Shown: positions 1 to 10,286, counted from the first letter of the stretch. The stretch is 49,132 nucleotides of DNA from Ramlibacter sp. (GCA_026785815.1 JAJAZH010000282.1:1-49132); one strand, 5' to 3'. Made by a program: numbers and translations. The notes: a model not told the origin generated them from the sequence alone.

Positions 1-1308
1 TATTTCTACGTCTGGCTGGACGCGCCGATCGGCTATCTCGCCTCGCTCAAGAACCTGCTGGACCGGCGCGGCCAGGACTTCGACGCCTACCTGGCCGACC
101 CGGCGCTGGAGCAGGTTCACTTCATCGGCAAGGACATCGTCACCTTCCACACGTTGTTCTGGCCGGCGATGCTCAAGTTCAGCGGCCGCAAGACACCCGA
201 CAGCATCTTCGTCCACGGCTTCCTGACGGTGAACAACGGCGAGAAGATGAGCAAGAGCCGCGGCACCGGGCTGGACCCGCTGAAGTACCTGTCGCTGGGG
301 ATGAATCCCGAGTGGCTGCGTTACTACCTTGCCGCCAAGCTCAACTCGCACAACGAGGACATCGAGTTCAGCGCCGAGGACTTCATGGCGCGGGTCAACG
401 CCGACCTGATCGGCAAGTACGTCAACATCGCCAGCCGGACGGCAGGGTTCATCACCAAACGCTTCGGCGGCAAGCTGGGCCCCGAAGATCCGCAGGCCGA
501 AGCCCTGCTGGAGTCGGCGCATGCCGCGGCCGCCGAGGTCAAGGCGCTCTACGACGCGCGCGAGTTCGGCAAGGCAATTCGCGCGATCATGGCCCTGGCC
601 GACCAGGCCAACCTGTACGTCGACCAGCAGGCGCCCTGGCTGATCGCGAAAGACAGCAGTCGGGACGCAGAACTGCACCGGGTCTGCACCACGGCCATCG
701 GCCTGTTCAAGAACCTGACGGTGATGCTGGCGCCAGTGCTGCCGCAACTGGCCGGCGAAGTCGGCAAGTGGCTCGCTGCCGACGTCCATCTGTGGGACAA
801 CTGCGGTGTCAAGCTGTCCGTCGGGCATGAAATCAATCCTTACCGGCACCTGATGCAGCGGGTCGACGTCAAGCAGATCGACGCGCTGTTCGATGCGCCG
901 GCGGATTTGCCCGACCCGTCTGTCGCCAGCGAGGCTGGAAGCGACCCACCGGGAGGCGAGGAGATCGCAGCGCCGATCACGATCGACGACTTCACGAAGA
1001 TCGACCTGCGGATCGCCAAGATCGTCGACTGCCAGGCGGTGGAAGGCTCGACCAAGCTGCTGCGCCTGACGCTGGACGTGGGCGAAGGCAAGACCCGCAA
1101 CGTGTTCAGCGGCATCGCTTCCGCCTACCGGCCCGCCGACCTGGTGGGCAAGCTCACGGTGATGGTGGCCAACCTGGCGCCGCGCAAGATGAAGTTCGGC
1201 ATCAGCGAAGGCATGGTGCTGGCCGCCAGCGCCGCCAACGACAAGGCGGGCGGAATCTACGTGCTGGAGCCCTCGCCGGGCGCGGTGCCCGGCATGCGGG
1301 TGCGCTAA
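1..1308 (+). CDS. metG: Methionine--tRNA ligase, 5'-truncated by the window edge
   Basis: Frame 1 is open from base 1: [23 protein letters not shown] motif, anticodon-binding domain and a C-terminal Trbp111-like domain ([14 protein letters not shown]...[16 protein letters not shown]). Confidence 0.97.
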   Translation, partial: YFYVWLDAPIGYLASLKNLLDRRGQDFDAYLADPALEQVHFIGKDIVTFHTLFWPAMLKFSGRKTPDSIFVHGFLTVNNGEKMSKSRGTGLDPLKYLSLGMNPEWLRYYLAAKLNSHNEDIEFSAEDFMARVNADLIGKYVNIASRTAGFITKRFGGKLGPEDPQAEALLESAHAAAAEVKALYDAREFGKAIRAIMALADQANLYVDQQAPWLIAKDSSRDAELHRVCTTAIGLFKNLTVMLAPVLPQLAGEVGKWLAADVHLWDNCGVKLSVGHEINPYRHLMQRVDVKQIDALFDAPADLPDPSVASEAGSDPPGGEEIAAPITIDDFTKIDLRIAKIVDCQAVEGSTKLLRLTLDVGEGKTRNVFSGIASAYRPADLVGKLTVMVANLAPRKMKFGISEGMVLAASAANDKAGGIYVLEPSPGAVPGMRVR

Positions 1309-1317
1309 GCTGGCGGC

Positions 1318-1518
1318 ATGCGTACCCGCCTCGTCCTGGCAGCCGGCCTGAGCGCCCTGCTCTCCGGGTGCGCGGTGATCGCGGTGGCGGACACCGCCGC
1401 CAGCATCGCGGTGAAGGGCGTGGGACTGGCCGCCGATGCCGCCATCGGCACCGTGAGGATCACCGGCAAGGCGGTCGGCGCAGCGGCGGATGCCGTGCTG
1501 CCCGGCGCCGAGCGCTGA
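1318..1518 (+). CDS. Small putative lipoprotein (66 aa)
   Basis: Signal peptide with lipobox LSGC, Ala/Val-rich mature part, 9 nt after the metG stop. Confidence 0.75.
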   Translation: MRTRLVLAAGLSALLSGCAVIAVADTAASIAVKGVGLAADAAIGTVRITGKAVGAAADAVLPGAER

Positions 1519-1561
1519 GATGACTTGCGCCGCGCCCGGCGGCTGCCCGATCGGCTGACCC

Positions 1562-2314
1562 ATGTTTCCCGCCATTCGCGGCTGGACCGACGTCGAACGC
1601 ACGCCCCACGCCAACGTCCGGCTGGGCGCGGTGCTGGCCTTCGTCGCCGGCGCCGCCAATGCCGGCGGCTTCCTCGCCGTCGGCCAGTACACCTCGCACA
1701 TGACCGGCGTGCTGTCCTCGGTGGCCGACAACCTGGTGCTGGGCCAGCTGACGCTGGTGGTGTCGGCTATCGGAGCGCTGCTGGCCTTTCTGTGCGGAGC
1801 GATGACCACCGCCATCCTGGTCAACTGGGGACTGCGGCGCGGGCTTCGCAGCGCCTACGGGCTGCCGCTGATGCTGGAGTCTGCTGCGCTGCTGGTCTTC
1901 GGCCTGGCCGGCGCGTCGATCGACGGCTTCACGACGCTGTTCCTTCCGCTCACCGTGGTGCTGCTGTGCTTCATCATGGGACTGCAGAACGCGGTGATCA
2001 CCAAGATCTCGCGGGCCGAGATCCGCACCACCCACGTGACCGGCCTGGTCACCGACATCGGCATCGAGCTGGGCAAACTGCTGTACGTCAACGCGCGCGA
2101 CGACAGCGCGCCGGTGCTGGCCAACCGCCAGCGGCTGCGCATCCATGTGCTGCTGGTGGCCTGTTTTTTCGCCGGCGGCCTGTTCGGCGCGATCGGCTTC
2201 AAGTTCGTGGGCTTCGTCACCACCGTGCCGCTGGCTATCGCCCTGTGGCTGCTGTCGCTGCGGCCCTTGTTGCACGATCTGAGCAAACGCCTGCCGATGC
2301 CGGATGCAAAATAG
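1562..2314 (+). CDS. DUF1275/YoaK-family membrane protein
   Basis: LAFVAGAANAGGF, YTSHMTG and GLQNA...IRTTHVTGLVTD motifs; multiple hydrophobic segments. Confidence 0.88.
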   Translation: MFPAIRGWTDVERTPHANVRLGAVLAFVAGAANAGGFLAVGQYTSHMTGVLSSVADNLVLGQLTLVVSAIGALLAFLCGAMTTAILVNWGLRRGLRSAYGLPLMLESAALLVFGLAGASIDGFTTLFLPLTVVLLCFIMGLQNAVITKISRAEIRTTHVTGLVTDIGIELGKLLYVNARDDSAPVLANRQRLRIHVLLVACFFAGGLFGAIGFKFVGFVTTVPLAIALWLLSLRPLLHDLSKRLPMPDAK

Positions 2315-2320
2315 CCCGCA

Positions 2321-3979
2321 ATGCAATTGCCGGCCTCGCTCGCCACCTTCCGACCCCGGCTGATCGACGCGCTGCGCGGCTACAACCGCGCCCGTTTCAC
2401 CACCGACGTGGGCGCCGGAGTGACGGTCGGCATCGTCGCATTGCCGCTGGCAATGGCCTTCGCCATCGCCTCCGGCCTCAAGCCCGAGGCGGGCCTTTGG
2501 ACGGCGATCATCGCCGGCGCGCTGGTTTCGCTGCTGGGTGGATCGAACGTGCAGATCGGCGGGCCGGCCGGCGCCTTCATCGTCGTGGTCTACGGCATCG
2601 TCGAGCGATACGGCCTGGCCAACCTGCTGATCTCGACCGCCTGCGCCGGTGTCCTGCTGTTCCTGCTCGGCCTGCTGAAGCTGGGAACGCTGGTGCGCTA
2701 CGTGCCAATCAGCATCGTCATCGGCTTCACCAACGGCATCGCCGTGCTGATCGCGCTGTCGCAGGTGAAAGACCTGCTGGGACTGGACGTCGCCAGGATG
2801 CCTGCCGACTTCTTCGCCCAGCTGCAGGTGCTGGGCAGGAATCTGGACAGCTTCAACCCGCTGGCCTTCGCGCTGGGCCTGACCTGCGTCTGCGGGCTGT
2901 TCCTGTGGCCCAGGCTGTGGGGGCCCGCATCGCCGCTCAAGGCCCTTGATTTTCCCGGGATGCGGCGCGCGACGCAGGTCAGCTCGCGCCTGCCCGGTCC
3001 GATCGTGGCGCTGGTCAGCCTGACACTGCTGGCCTGGTATTTCAGCCTCGACGTCGAGACCATCGGCTCTCGCTTCGGCGCGATCCCGGCCGGCTTGCCG
3101 GCATTCGCGCTGCCGGATTTTTCCTGGTCCACGGTCAAGCTGCTGCTGACGCCGACCCTCACCATTGCGTTGCTCGGCGCGATCGAGTCGCTGCTGTGCG
3201 CCCGGGTGGCAGACCAGCTCACCACGCTACCCCGCCACGACCCGAACCAGGAGCTGATGGCGCAGGGCGTCGCCAATTTCATCACGCCCTTTTTCGGCGG
3301 CATGCCGGCCACCGGAACCATTGCCCGCACCGTGACCAACGTGCGCTCCGGCGGTACCACGCCGATCGCGGGCCTGGTGCACGCGGCGACGCTGGCGGCC
3401 GTGGTGCTGCTGGCCGCTCCGCTGGCCTTGCACGTGCCGCTGGCGGTGCTGGCCGGCATCCTGCTGTACGTCGCCTGGAACATGGGCGAATGGCGGGAGT
3501 TCGGGCGCCTCAGGCGCTACAGCGCCCACTACCGGCTGTTGATGCTCGGGACGTTCCTGCTCACGGTGGTGTTCGACCTCACGGTCGCGGTGCAGGTCGG
3601 GCTGGTGCTGGCCTGCGCGTTGTTCGTCCGGCGAATGAGTTCGCTGTTCAGCGTCGAACGGGTCACGCACGACGGGAACGAGTTGCGCTTCAAGCTGTTC
3701 GGCGCGCTGTTTTTCGGCGCGGTCGCCAAGAGCGATGTCGTGGTGCAGGCGGTGGAGAACGGACCGGCCGGTCCGGTGGTAACGCTCGATGCCCTGCAAC
3801 TGGTGCTGCTCGACACCTCGGGCCTGGACGCGTTGCGCCAGTTGCACAAGGCTGTACTGCTGCGCGGCGGGTTGCTGCGGCTGGAAAACCTGCAGGCCCA
3901 GCCGCGCGAGGTGATCGAACGCTCCGGCTTCGGGGCCGAACTGGCGGCCCATCGTGCGTCGCCGGAGGTGTCGCTTTAG
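2321..3979 (+). CDS. SulP/SLC26 anion transporter with C-terminal STAS domain
   Basis: AGVTVGIVALPLAMAFAIASG, QIGGPAGAF, NQELMAQG, GGMPATGTIART; STAS motifs LFFGA and DTSGL. Confidence 0.93.
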   Translation: MQLPASLATFRPRLIDALRGYNRARFTTDVGAGVTVGIVALPLAMAFAIASGLKPEAGLWTAIIAGALVSLLGGSNVQIGGPAGAFIVVVYGIVERYGLANLLISTACAGVLLFLLGLLKLGTLVRYVPISIVIGFTNGIAVLIALSQVKDLLGLDVARMPADFFAQLQVLGRNLDSFNPLAFALGLTCVCGLFLWPRLWGPASPLKALDFPGMRRATQVSSRLPGPIVALVSLTLLAWYFSLDVETIGSRFGAIPAGLPAFALPDFSWSTVKLLLTPTLTIALLGAIESLLCARVADQLTTLPRHDPNQELMAQGVANFITPFFGGMPATGTIARTVTNVRSGGTTPIAGLVHAATLAAVVLLAAPLALHVPLAVLAGILLYVAWNMGEWREFGRLRRYSAHYRLLMLGTFLLTVVFDLTVAVQVGLVLACALFVRRMSSLFSVERVTHDGNELRFKLFGALFFGAVAKSDVVVQAVENGPAGPVVTLDALQLVLLDTSGLDALRQLHKAVLLRGGLLRLENLQAQPREVIERSGFGAELAAHRASPEVSL

Positions 3980-4004
3980 CCGGCCGGAACGAGGCGGCCG
4001 GCTA
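3977..4004. terminator. GC hairpin between convergent genes (possible bidirectional terminator or RNA stabiliser)
   Basis: TAGCCGGCCG-gaacgagg-CGGCCGGCTA: 10-bp stem including both stop codons, 8-nt loop, no U-tract. Confidence 0.4.
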
Positions 4005-4817
4005 GGCGCTGGGATTGGATCGGAGCCAGCCGGTCAGCAACTCGATAAATTTGTCAGGTTGCTCCATCAGGAAAAAATGGCTGGCACTGCTGAAAATTTC
4101 GGTGCGTGCGTTGGGCAGGCCCATGCTCAGCACCCGCGTCGCGGTCAGAGAGCAGATGGGATCGGCGTCACCCGCCATGACCAGGACCGGCTGCCGGATG
4201 CGCGGCAGTTCGTCCACCGTGTCGTGCTGCTGACAGGCCTCGTTTTGCCGCACATAGCAGGCCGGCAGACGTGTTTCGCCGCCAATCAGGCGCTCGATGG
4301 CGGCTACGCGTTCGGGGTACCGGTTGAAGAAGTCGGCCGACACGAAGTTCTGCACCGAATGGCGGGCGTGGTCAGCCCAATTCATGCGCCATTCAAGCGC
4401 CTCGCGCATGTTCCACAGCACCCGGCGGCCCAGCGGGTCGAGGCGGGCAAAAGAGGCGCACAGCGTCAGGGTCATCACGCGTTCGGGTGCCAGCAGCGCC
4501 ATGTGCTGGGCCACGGCGCCGCCCATCGAGCGGCCGACGACATGGGCGCGCTCCACCTGGCAATGGTCCATCAACTGCAGGGTGTCCGCAGCCAGTTCCG
4601 CAGTCGTCACCGGCTCATCCACCTGGGTGCTCTGGCCGGCGCCACGGTTGTCAAAGGCGATCACGCGGTGGGTCTTGCGCAGCACTTCGATCTGCGCCAG
4701 CCAGGCCGTGTAGTCGCCCGCCAGGCCGTGAATCAGCACCACCGGGGCACCCGCGCCGACATCCAGGTAGCGCAACGTATAACGCCCGACCGGCGCCTGT
4801 CTCAGTTGATGGTCCAT
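4002..4817 (-). CDS. Alpha/beta hydrolase (PcaD/RutD-like fold), 271 aa
   Basis: Probable start ATG 4817 (MDHQLRQ), just after livF. HGLAG, DNRGAG, nucleophile elbow GRSMGG, Asp in GDADP, His in ASHFF. Confidence 0.88.
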   Translation of the reverse strand: MDHQLRQAPVGRYTLRYLDVGAGAPVVLIHGLAGDYTAWLAQIEVLRKTHRVIAFDNRGAGQSTQVDEPVTTAELAADTLQLMDHCQVERAHVVGRSMGGAVAQHMALLAPERVMTLTLCASFARLDPLGRRVLWNMREALEWRMNWADHARHSVQNFVSADFFNRYPERVAAIERLIGGETRLPACYVRQNEACQQHDTVDELPRIRQPVLVMAGDADPICSLTATRVLSMGLPNARTEIFSSASHFFLMEQPDKFIELLTGWLRSNPSA

Positions 4818-4825
4818 GTTGCTTC

Positions 4826-5542
4826 CTATTCGACGCCAAGATGGCTGTGCAGCGCGGCCTGCTGGCCCTCGAACTGCTCGCGGGTGCCGGAGAACACCAC
4901 GCGCCCCGTGTTCAGCAGTACCACGTCGTCCGTCACCTTCAGCGCCAGGCCGAGGTTCTGTTCCACCAGCACCATGGAGAGGTGTTCCTTCAGGGTCATC
5001 AGGACTTCGCCGAGCTCGCGCACGATCTGCGGCGCCAGGCCCTCCGAGGGTTCGTCCAGCAGCAGCACCCGCGGGTTGGTCATGAGGCCCCGGCCGATCG
5101 CCAGCATCTGCTGCTCGCCGCCGGACAGGCTGCCGGCCAGCTGGTTCTGCCGCTCTTTGAGCCGCGGAAAAATCCCCCACACGTCGTCGCGCGTCCAGTG
5201 CCGCTTGCCGCCCGCGGCCGGCGGGCGCGCCGCGACGTCGAGGTTTTCCCTGACCGAGAGGCTGCCGAAAATGCGCCGGCCCTGCGGCACCAGGCCGATA
5301 CCAGCGCGGCAGATGCGCTCGGGCGACAGCTTCTCCAGCGATCCGCCGGCCAGCGTGATGCGGCCGGAGCGCGGCGGCAGGAAGCCGATGATGGTGCTGA
5401 TGCAGGTGGTCTTGCCGGCGCCGTTGCGTCCCAGCAGGGCCAGCAGCCGGCCTTCCTGCAGATCCAGGCTGATGTCGTGCAGCACGTGGCTCTCGCCGTA
5501 GAAAGCGTTGACGCGGTCCAGCGAGAGCAGGCTAGTGGCCAA
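4826..5542 (-). CDS. livF: LIV-type ABC transporter ATPase (LivF-like)
   Basis: GRNGAGKTT, LSGGEQQMLAIGR, LLLDEPSEGLAP, LVEQN. Confidence 0.92.
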   Translation of the reverse strand: MATSLLSLDRVNAFYGESHVLHDISLDLQEGRLLALLGRNGAGKTTCISTIIGFLPPRSGRITLAGGSLEKLSPERICRAGIGLVPQGRRIFGSLSVRENLDVAARPPAAGGKRHWTRDDVWGIFPRLKERQNQLAGSLSGGEQQMLAIGRGLMTNPRVLLLDEPSEGLAPQIVRELGEVLMTLKEHLSMVLVEQNLGLALKVTDDVVLLNTGRVVFSGTREQFEGQQAALHSHLGVE

Positions 5543-6272
5543 GGTAGATCTCCCGGGTGCGTGGGTCGGCCACCACTTCCTGCCGCGTGCCGGCCGTGAT
5601 CACCTCGCCGTAGTGCAACAGGGTGACGCGGTCGGCAAACGCCAGCGCGACCTCCATGTCGTGCTCGATCATGAGGATGGTGATGGACCTGTCGATGTCA
5701 CGCAGGAGCGCCGTGATGGTCTCGCGTTCCTCTGAGGACAGACCCGCCAGCGGCTCGTCCAGCAGCAGCACTTGCGGCTTCTGCGCCAGCGCCATGGCGA
5801 TCTCCAGCCGGCGCTTTTCACCGTACGAGGTCTGCTCCAGCGGCAGCTTCGCCTTGTCCGACAGGCCGACCGAGGCCAGCACCTCCAGCGCGCGGTCCGA
5901 CAACGTTTTGTCGTGGTCCAACGAGCCCCAATGGCGGTGCCGCAACGGCGACTTGCCCAGCAACGCGAGCTTGACGTTGTGCAGCAGGCTGTCGCGGCCG
6001 AACAGGGTCACGATCTGATAGGTGCGGGCCAGGCCGATCTGGGCCCGGGCCGCAGTGGAGCGATGCGTGACGGGCTTGCCCATCAGCGTGATGCTGCCGG
6101 AACTGGAGGCCAGATCACCGGCGATCAGGTTGAAAAGGGTGGTCTTTCCGGCGCCGTTCGGGCCGATCAGCAGGTGCCGCTCGCCCTGCTCCACCCTCAG
6201 GTTCACCGAGCGTGTGACTTGCAGACCGCCAAAGGCCTTGCACAGATCGGAGACTTCGACGACAGGGTTCAC
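5532..6272 (-). CDS. livG: LIV-type ABC transporter ATPase (LivG-like)
   Basis: GTG start at 6272 overlapping the upstream TGA; GPNGAGKTT, SYGEKRRLE, LLLDEPLAGL, IEHDM, YLG end. Confidence 0.92.
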   Translation of the reverse strand: MNPVVEVSDLCKAFGGLQVTRSVNLRVEQGERHLLIGPNGAGKTTLFNLIAGDLASSSGSITLMGKPVTHRSTAARAQIGLARTYQIVTLFGRDSLLHNVKLALLGKSPLRHRHWGSLDHDKTLSDRALEVLASVGLSDKAKLPLEQTSYGEKRRLEIAMALAQKPQVLLLDEPLAGLSSEERETITALLRDIDRSITILMIEHDMEVALAFADRVTLLHYGEVITAGTRQEVVADPRTREIYLGH

Positions 6273-7263
6273 AGCGCTTCCCTGGGCGGGGCCGGGCTGA
6301 GGGGCGCGGCGGCTGGCAACACGGCGGCCTGACGCTTGGTCAGCGTTGGCCGGCGCAGGCGGGCCACACCGGCGACGATGCCACCGGGCACGAACATCAC
6401 GATGAAGATGAAGACGAAACCCAGCAGCATGATCCAGCGGTCGATGTAGGCGCTGGCCACGTTCTTCAACAGCACCACCAGGGCCGCGCCGACCACTGGC
6501 CCGCTCAATGTGCCGGCGCCACCGGCGATCACCATCAACAGCATCTCGGCGGAGTTGGCCAGCGACAGGCTGTGCGGGCTGATGAACTGGTGGTAGTAGA
6601 CGTACATCAGGCCGGCCACTGCGCCCAGAAAGCCGCTGGCAACGAAGGTGATCCAGCGGATCAGCCAGACGTTGAAGCCGAGCGCGCTCATTCGCCTGGG
6701 CTGGTCCTTGGTGCCGCGGATACTGGCGCCGAAGGGCGAACGCACCCAGACGGCGATCGCGGACCACACCGCCAGGAACACCAGCAGGGTGAAGTAGTAG
6801 AAGTTGTTGGCATCGCCCAGGTTGATGCCGAAAGGCGCGGGCCGGGTCAGGCCCGCGATGCCGTTGTCGCCGCCGGTGACGCTGGTCCACCGGTAGGCCA
6901 GGCCCAGAGGATCTGGCCCAGAGCCAGCGTGATCATCAGGAAGCTGATGCCGGATGCGCGCAATGCGATCACGCCGAAGATGCCGGCCATCACGGTGGTT
7001 GCGGCCAGCGCGGTGGCGCCCGCGGCCAGGTGGCCCCAGCCCAGGTTCACCATCAGCCAGCCGCAGGTGTACGCCGACAAGCCGAGATAGCCTGCATGGC
7101 CCAGCGAGGTCAGGCCGGCATATCCCACCAGCAGGTTCAGGCTGAGCGCGAACAGCGCCGAGATCAGGATCTGGCTGGCGAGGTTGGTGTAGTAGGTGCC
7201 GCCGGTGAAGAAGGGCAGGACCAGCAGCAGCGCGACCAGGACCGTGCACAGGGCGCGCTTCAC
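6269..7263 (-). pseudogene. livM: LIV-type ABC permease (LivM-like) with a 1-bp frameshift (mutation or sequencing error)
   Basis: The N-half (...SLGHAGYLG...ITLALGQILW) and C-half (LAYRWTSVTGGDNG...GGAGTLSGP) are in different frames. Adding one G to the coding-strand GGG (6903-6905) gives ILWGLAYRW and a 331-aa ORF. Confidence 0.88.
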
Positions 7264-8120
7264 GCCGTGATCCTCCCGAACAGGCCGCGGGGCCGCACGG
7301 CCAGGATCACGACCATCGGCAGGAACAGGATGATGTACGCCAGGTCGGGGAACAGCACCTGGCCGAAGCTGTAGATGAAGCCGATCAGGAAGCTGCCGAC
7401 GAAGGCGCCGGCCAGGCTGCCCAGGCCGCCCAGGATCACGACCACCAGCGCCAGCGGCAGCATGTCGGCGTCCAGGCCCGGATAGACCGACAGGATCGGC
7501 GCGGCAATCACGCCGCCGACGCCGGCCAGTGCCGCGCCCAGACAGAATACGATCGTGAAGAGTTGCGAGGCGGGCACGCCGATGCCCTGCGCCATCTGCC
7601 GGTCGTCGACGCTGGCGCGGATCATCACGCCGAGCTTCGTCTTGTCCAGCAGCAGCCACAGCGCCAGGCCGATCAAGACGCTGAAGACCACGACCGCGAG
7701 ACGGTAAAGAGGAAACGTCAGGCCCAGCAGCTGGACCCCGCCCGAGAGCAGGGCGGGCGCGTTGACGGGCCGCGGGTCGCCGCCCCAGAGCCAGAGGCTG
7801 CCGTCAGCGATGACGAAGGCCACGCCCAGCGTGGCAAGCACCTGCGACAGGCTGTTGCCGGCCAGGCGACGCAGCACGAAGCGCTCGACGATGCCGCCGA
7901 GCAGGCCGACCGCCAGGCCCGCGGCGAGCACCGCAACACCGAAGTTGTAGCCTCGGTCCAGCATCGCCAGGCCGATGTAGGCGCCGAACATGAAATAGGC
8001 GCCATGCGACAGGTTGGCGATGCGCATCAGGCCGAAAATCAGCGAAAAGCCGGCGGCCAGGGTGAAGAGCACCCCACCCAGCGCCAGGCTGTTCAGGCTC
8101 TGGATCAACCAGAAGGACAT
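7260..8120 (-). CDS. livH: LIV-type ABC permease (LivH-like)
   Basis: GFSLIFGLMRIANLSHG, TKLGVMIRA, VVILGGLGSLAGA. Confidence 0.92.
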   Translation of the reverse strand: MSFWLIQSLNSLALGGVLFTLAAGFSLIFGLMRIANLSHGAYFMFGAYIGLAMLDRGYNFGVAVLAAGLAVGLLGGIVERFVLRRLAGNSLSQVLATLGVAFVIADGSLWLWGGDPRPVNAPALLSGGVQLLGLTFPLYRLAVVVFSVLIGLALWLLLDKTKLGVMIRASVDDRQMAQGIGVPASQLFTIVFCLGAALAGVGGVIAAPILSVYPGLDADMLPLALVVVILGGLGSLAGAFVGSFLIGFIYSFGQVLFPDLAYIILFLPMVVILAVRPRGLFGRITA

Positions 8121-8147
8121 GCGCCGGAACTCCGGTTCGAAGCCGGA

Positions 8148-9389
8148 TTACCTCTCGATGTTGTTGGCCGGCGGATAGTCGCGGGTGTAGACCGGGCTGG
8201 CCAGGAAGTCCTTGGTGTTGTACGTCCAGAACTGGCTGACGGCCGGGTAGGTCTTGATCACGCTGTTGCTCAGCTTGCCGTTGACACGCTCCACCTTGCG
8301 CACATGGATGTCCAGCAAGGGGTTGCCCAGGGCGTCCAGGCTGACCTTGCCGCGCGGGTCGTTCGACAGTTGCACCTTGCGCAGGGCCGCCATGAAGGCA
8401 GCCTTGTCTTCGATCTTGCCCTTCACCTCCTTGAGCGCCTGCTCCAGCATCAGCGCCGCGCCATACGCGCCCATCGAGTAATAGCCCGGGTCCTGCTGGT
8501 AGTCGCGGTTCATGGAGGCGACGAACTTCCTGTTGTCGGCGTTGGGCAGGCTGGCGGCGTACCAGCCGGAGGAGATCACGCCCAGCGCCTCGTCGCCCAT
8601 CGACTTCAGTATGCCTTCGTCGACCGTCGTCATCGCGCCGATGACGGGAATCCTGGCCTTCAGGCCGTACTCGTTGTATTGCTTCAGGAACTTGATGCCG
8701 TTGCCGCCGGCGAAGGCCGCGAACACGGCGTCCACGTTGGGCTTGATCTGGCCGATGTAGGTGCCGTAATCGGCCACGTTCAGCGGCGACCAGAGCTTTT
8801 GCACCACCTTGCCGCCGTTCTCCTCGAAAGTGCGCTGGAAGCCGGCCGCGACCTCGTGGCCAAAGGCGAAGTCGTCCGCGATGATGGCGATGCGCTTGTA
8901 CTTCAGTTCCTTCGCGGCGTATTCGCCCAGCACATGGTTCGGCTGCGCCGAGGTGCCGACGGCGCGCACGAACCAGGGGTTGGGCTTGCGCTGCGTCAGG
9001 TCCTCGGCGGCGGCGGATGGCGAGATCACCGGGATTTCGCTCTTGCGAATGTAGTCGTCGATGGCCAGCGCCTCGAACGCGGCCAGCGGGCCGATGATGA
9101 CCTGGACCTTGTCCTTTTCGACCAGCTCCTGCGCCTTGGTCTTGGTGATGGCGGGCTGCCCACCGGTATCGCCGACCACCAGTTCCACCTTGCGCCCGGC
9201 AATCATGTTGTTGCGCTCTTTCAGGAACAGGCGCAGGCCGTCTTCCATCTGCTTGCCGCCGGCCGCCAGGGCGCCCGATTTGATGGTCAGGAAGCCGACA
9301 CGGATCGGATCCGCAGCGTGGGCTGCGGCGCTCAGTCCGGCGGCCAGCAAGCCGACGGCGAGGGCATGGGAAAGCAGTCTGGGGGTCAT
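8148..9389 (-). CDS. ABC substrate-binding protein, LIV/PBP1 family (resembles aromatic-compound binders)
   Basis: Signal peptide ending AHA, RBS AAGGAG upstream, first gene of the livHMGF-like operon; IIGPL and DFAFGHE segments. Confidence 0.88.
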   Translation of the reverse strand: MTPRLLSHALAVGLLAAGLSAAAHAADPIRVGFLTIKSGALAAGGKQMEDGLRLFLKERNNMIAGRKVELVVGDTGGQPAITKTKAQELVEKDKVQVIIGPLAAFEALAIDDYIRKSEIPVISPSAAAEDLTQRKPNPWFVRAVGTSAQPNHVLGEYAAKELKYKRIAIIADDFAFGHEVAAGFQRTFEENGGKVVQKLWSPLNVADYGTYIGQIKPNVDAVFAAFAGGNGIKFLKQYNEYGLKARIPVIGAMTTVDEGILKSMGDEALGVISSGWYAASLPNADNRKFVASMNRDYQQDPGYYSMGAYGAALMLEQALKEVKGKIEDKAAFMAALRKVQLSNDPRGKVSLDALGNPLLDIHVRKVERVNGKLSNSVIKTYPAVSQFWTYNTKDFLASPVYTRDYPPANNIER

Positions 9390-9605
9390 CGCGAAGTCTC
9401 CTTAAGGGCAGGATAGAAGCTAAATTTTCAAACTGATGATATATTACGAAATCTCCGGAGGTCAACTTTAGGAACATCCTATTCTTCGTCGACCAAGGGA
9501 ATTCACCTATATAGCTTGAGAGAATGAGCGCGTTGTCCGGTACGTTGCACTGCCGTCTGATATCTCAGATACTTCTAACTCCTAGTTTCTGATATTTCCA
9601 GAACC
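9390..9605. promoter_or_regulatory. AT-rich divergent promoter region with repeated TGATATNTCN boxes (candidate GntR operators)
   Basis: TGATATATTA 9437-9446, TCTGA-TATC-TCAGA 9556-9569, TGATATTTCC 9590-9599. Confidence 0.6.
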
Positions 9606-10286
9606 ATGTCATCGGTCGAAGCCCCCCTGTCCACCAACGGCAGCCGCCTGCTGCGCGAAACGGTCTACGAGCAGTTGCGCGCCGACATGATCAGCTGCAA
9701 GCTGGCGCCCGGTGCTGAACTGCGCGAGGCCGAGCTGGCGGCGCGCTTCGACATGAGCAAATCGCCGGTGCGGGACGCACTGATGCGGCTGGAAAGCGAA
9801 GGGCTCGTCATCACGTTGCCGCGCCAGGGCTACCGCGTCGCACCGGTGTCCCTGACCGACGTGCTCGACATGTTCCACCTGCGCGCGGCGCTGGAGCGGG
9901 CCTGCATGGAGCGCATCGTCCTGCAGGCCAGCGACGAGCAGCTCAGGGAACTTGATGGCTTCCGGCATTTCGATGCGTCGGCCTGGGACGGCGGCTTCAT
10001 CGCCTTCAACCGCGCCTTTCACCGGCGCATCGCCGAACTCGGGGGCAATGCCCGCATGCGCGACCAGCTGCTCGACCTGATCGACCTGCTCGAGCGCGCC
10101 GTGCAGGTGAGCGTGGCCAGCATGAAGCAGGGCGATCCGCAGGTGCTGGTGAACGAACATGTGGAAATCATCGATGCCCTGCAAGCGCGCGCCGTGAAGA
10201 AGGCGCAGCGGCTGGCCGAGCAGCACATCGTCGCGGCCGGCAAGCGGGTGAGCAACGCAATCTCCCGCAGCCTGATCGCCGGCTGA
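9606..10286 (+). CDS. GntR-family regulator (FCD domain)
   Basis: wHTH LREAELAARFDMSKSPVRDAL...EGLV; FCD motifs NRAFH and EHVEIIDAL. Confidence 0.93.
   Translation: MSSVEAPLSTNGSRLLRETVYEQLRADMISCKLAPGAELREAELAARFDMSKSPVRDALMRLESEGLVITLPRQGYRVAPVSLTDVLDMFHLRAALERACMERIVLQASDEQLRELDGFRHFDASAWDGGFIAFNRAFHRRIAELGGNARMRDQLLDLIDLLERAVQVSVASMKQGDPQVLVNEHVEIIDALQARAVKKAQRLAEQHIVAAGKRVSNAISRSLIAG

Noticed and set aside
7563-9477. Long overlapping ORFs (617 aa, 557 aa) and many similar Arg/Gly/Pro-rich ORFs throughout
   Set aside because: These are shadow frames of real genes in high-GC DNA, with no recognisable motifs.
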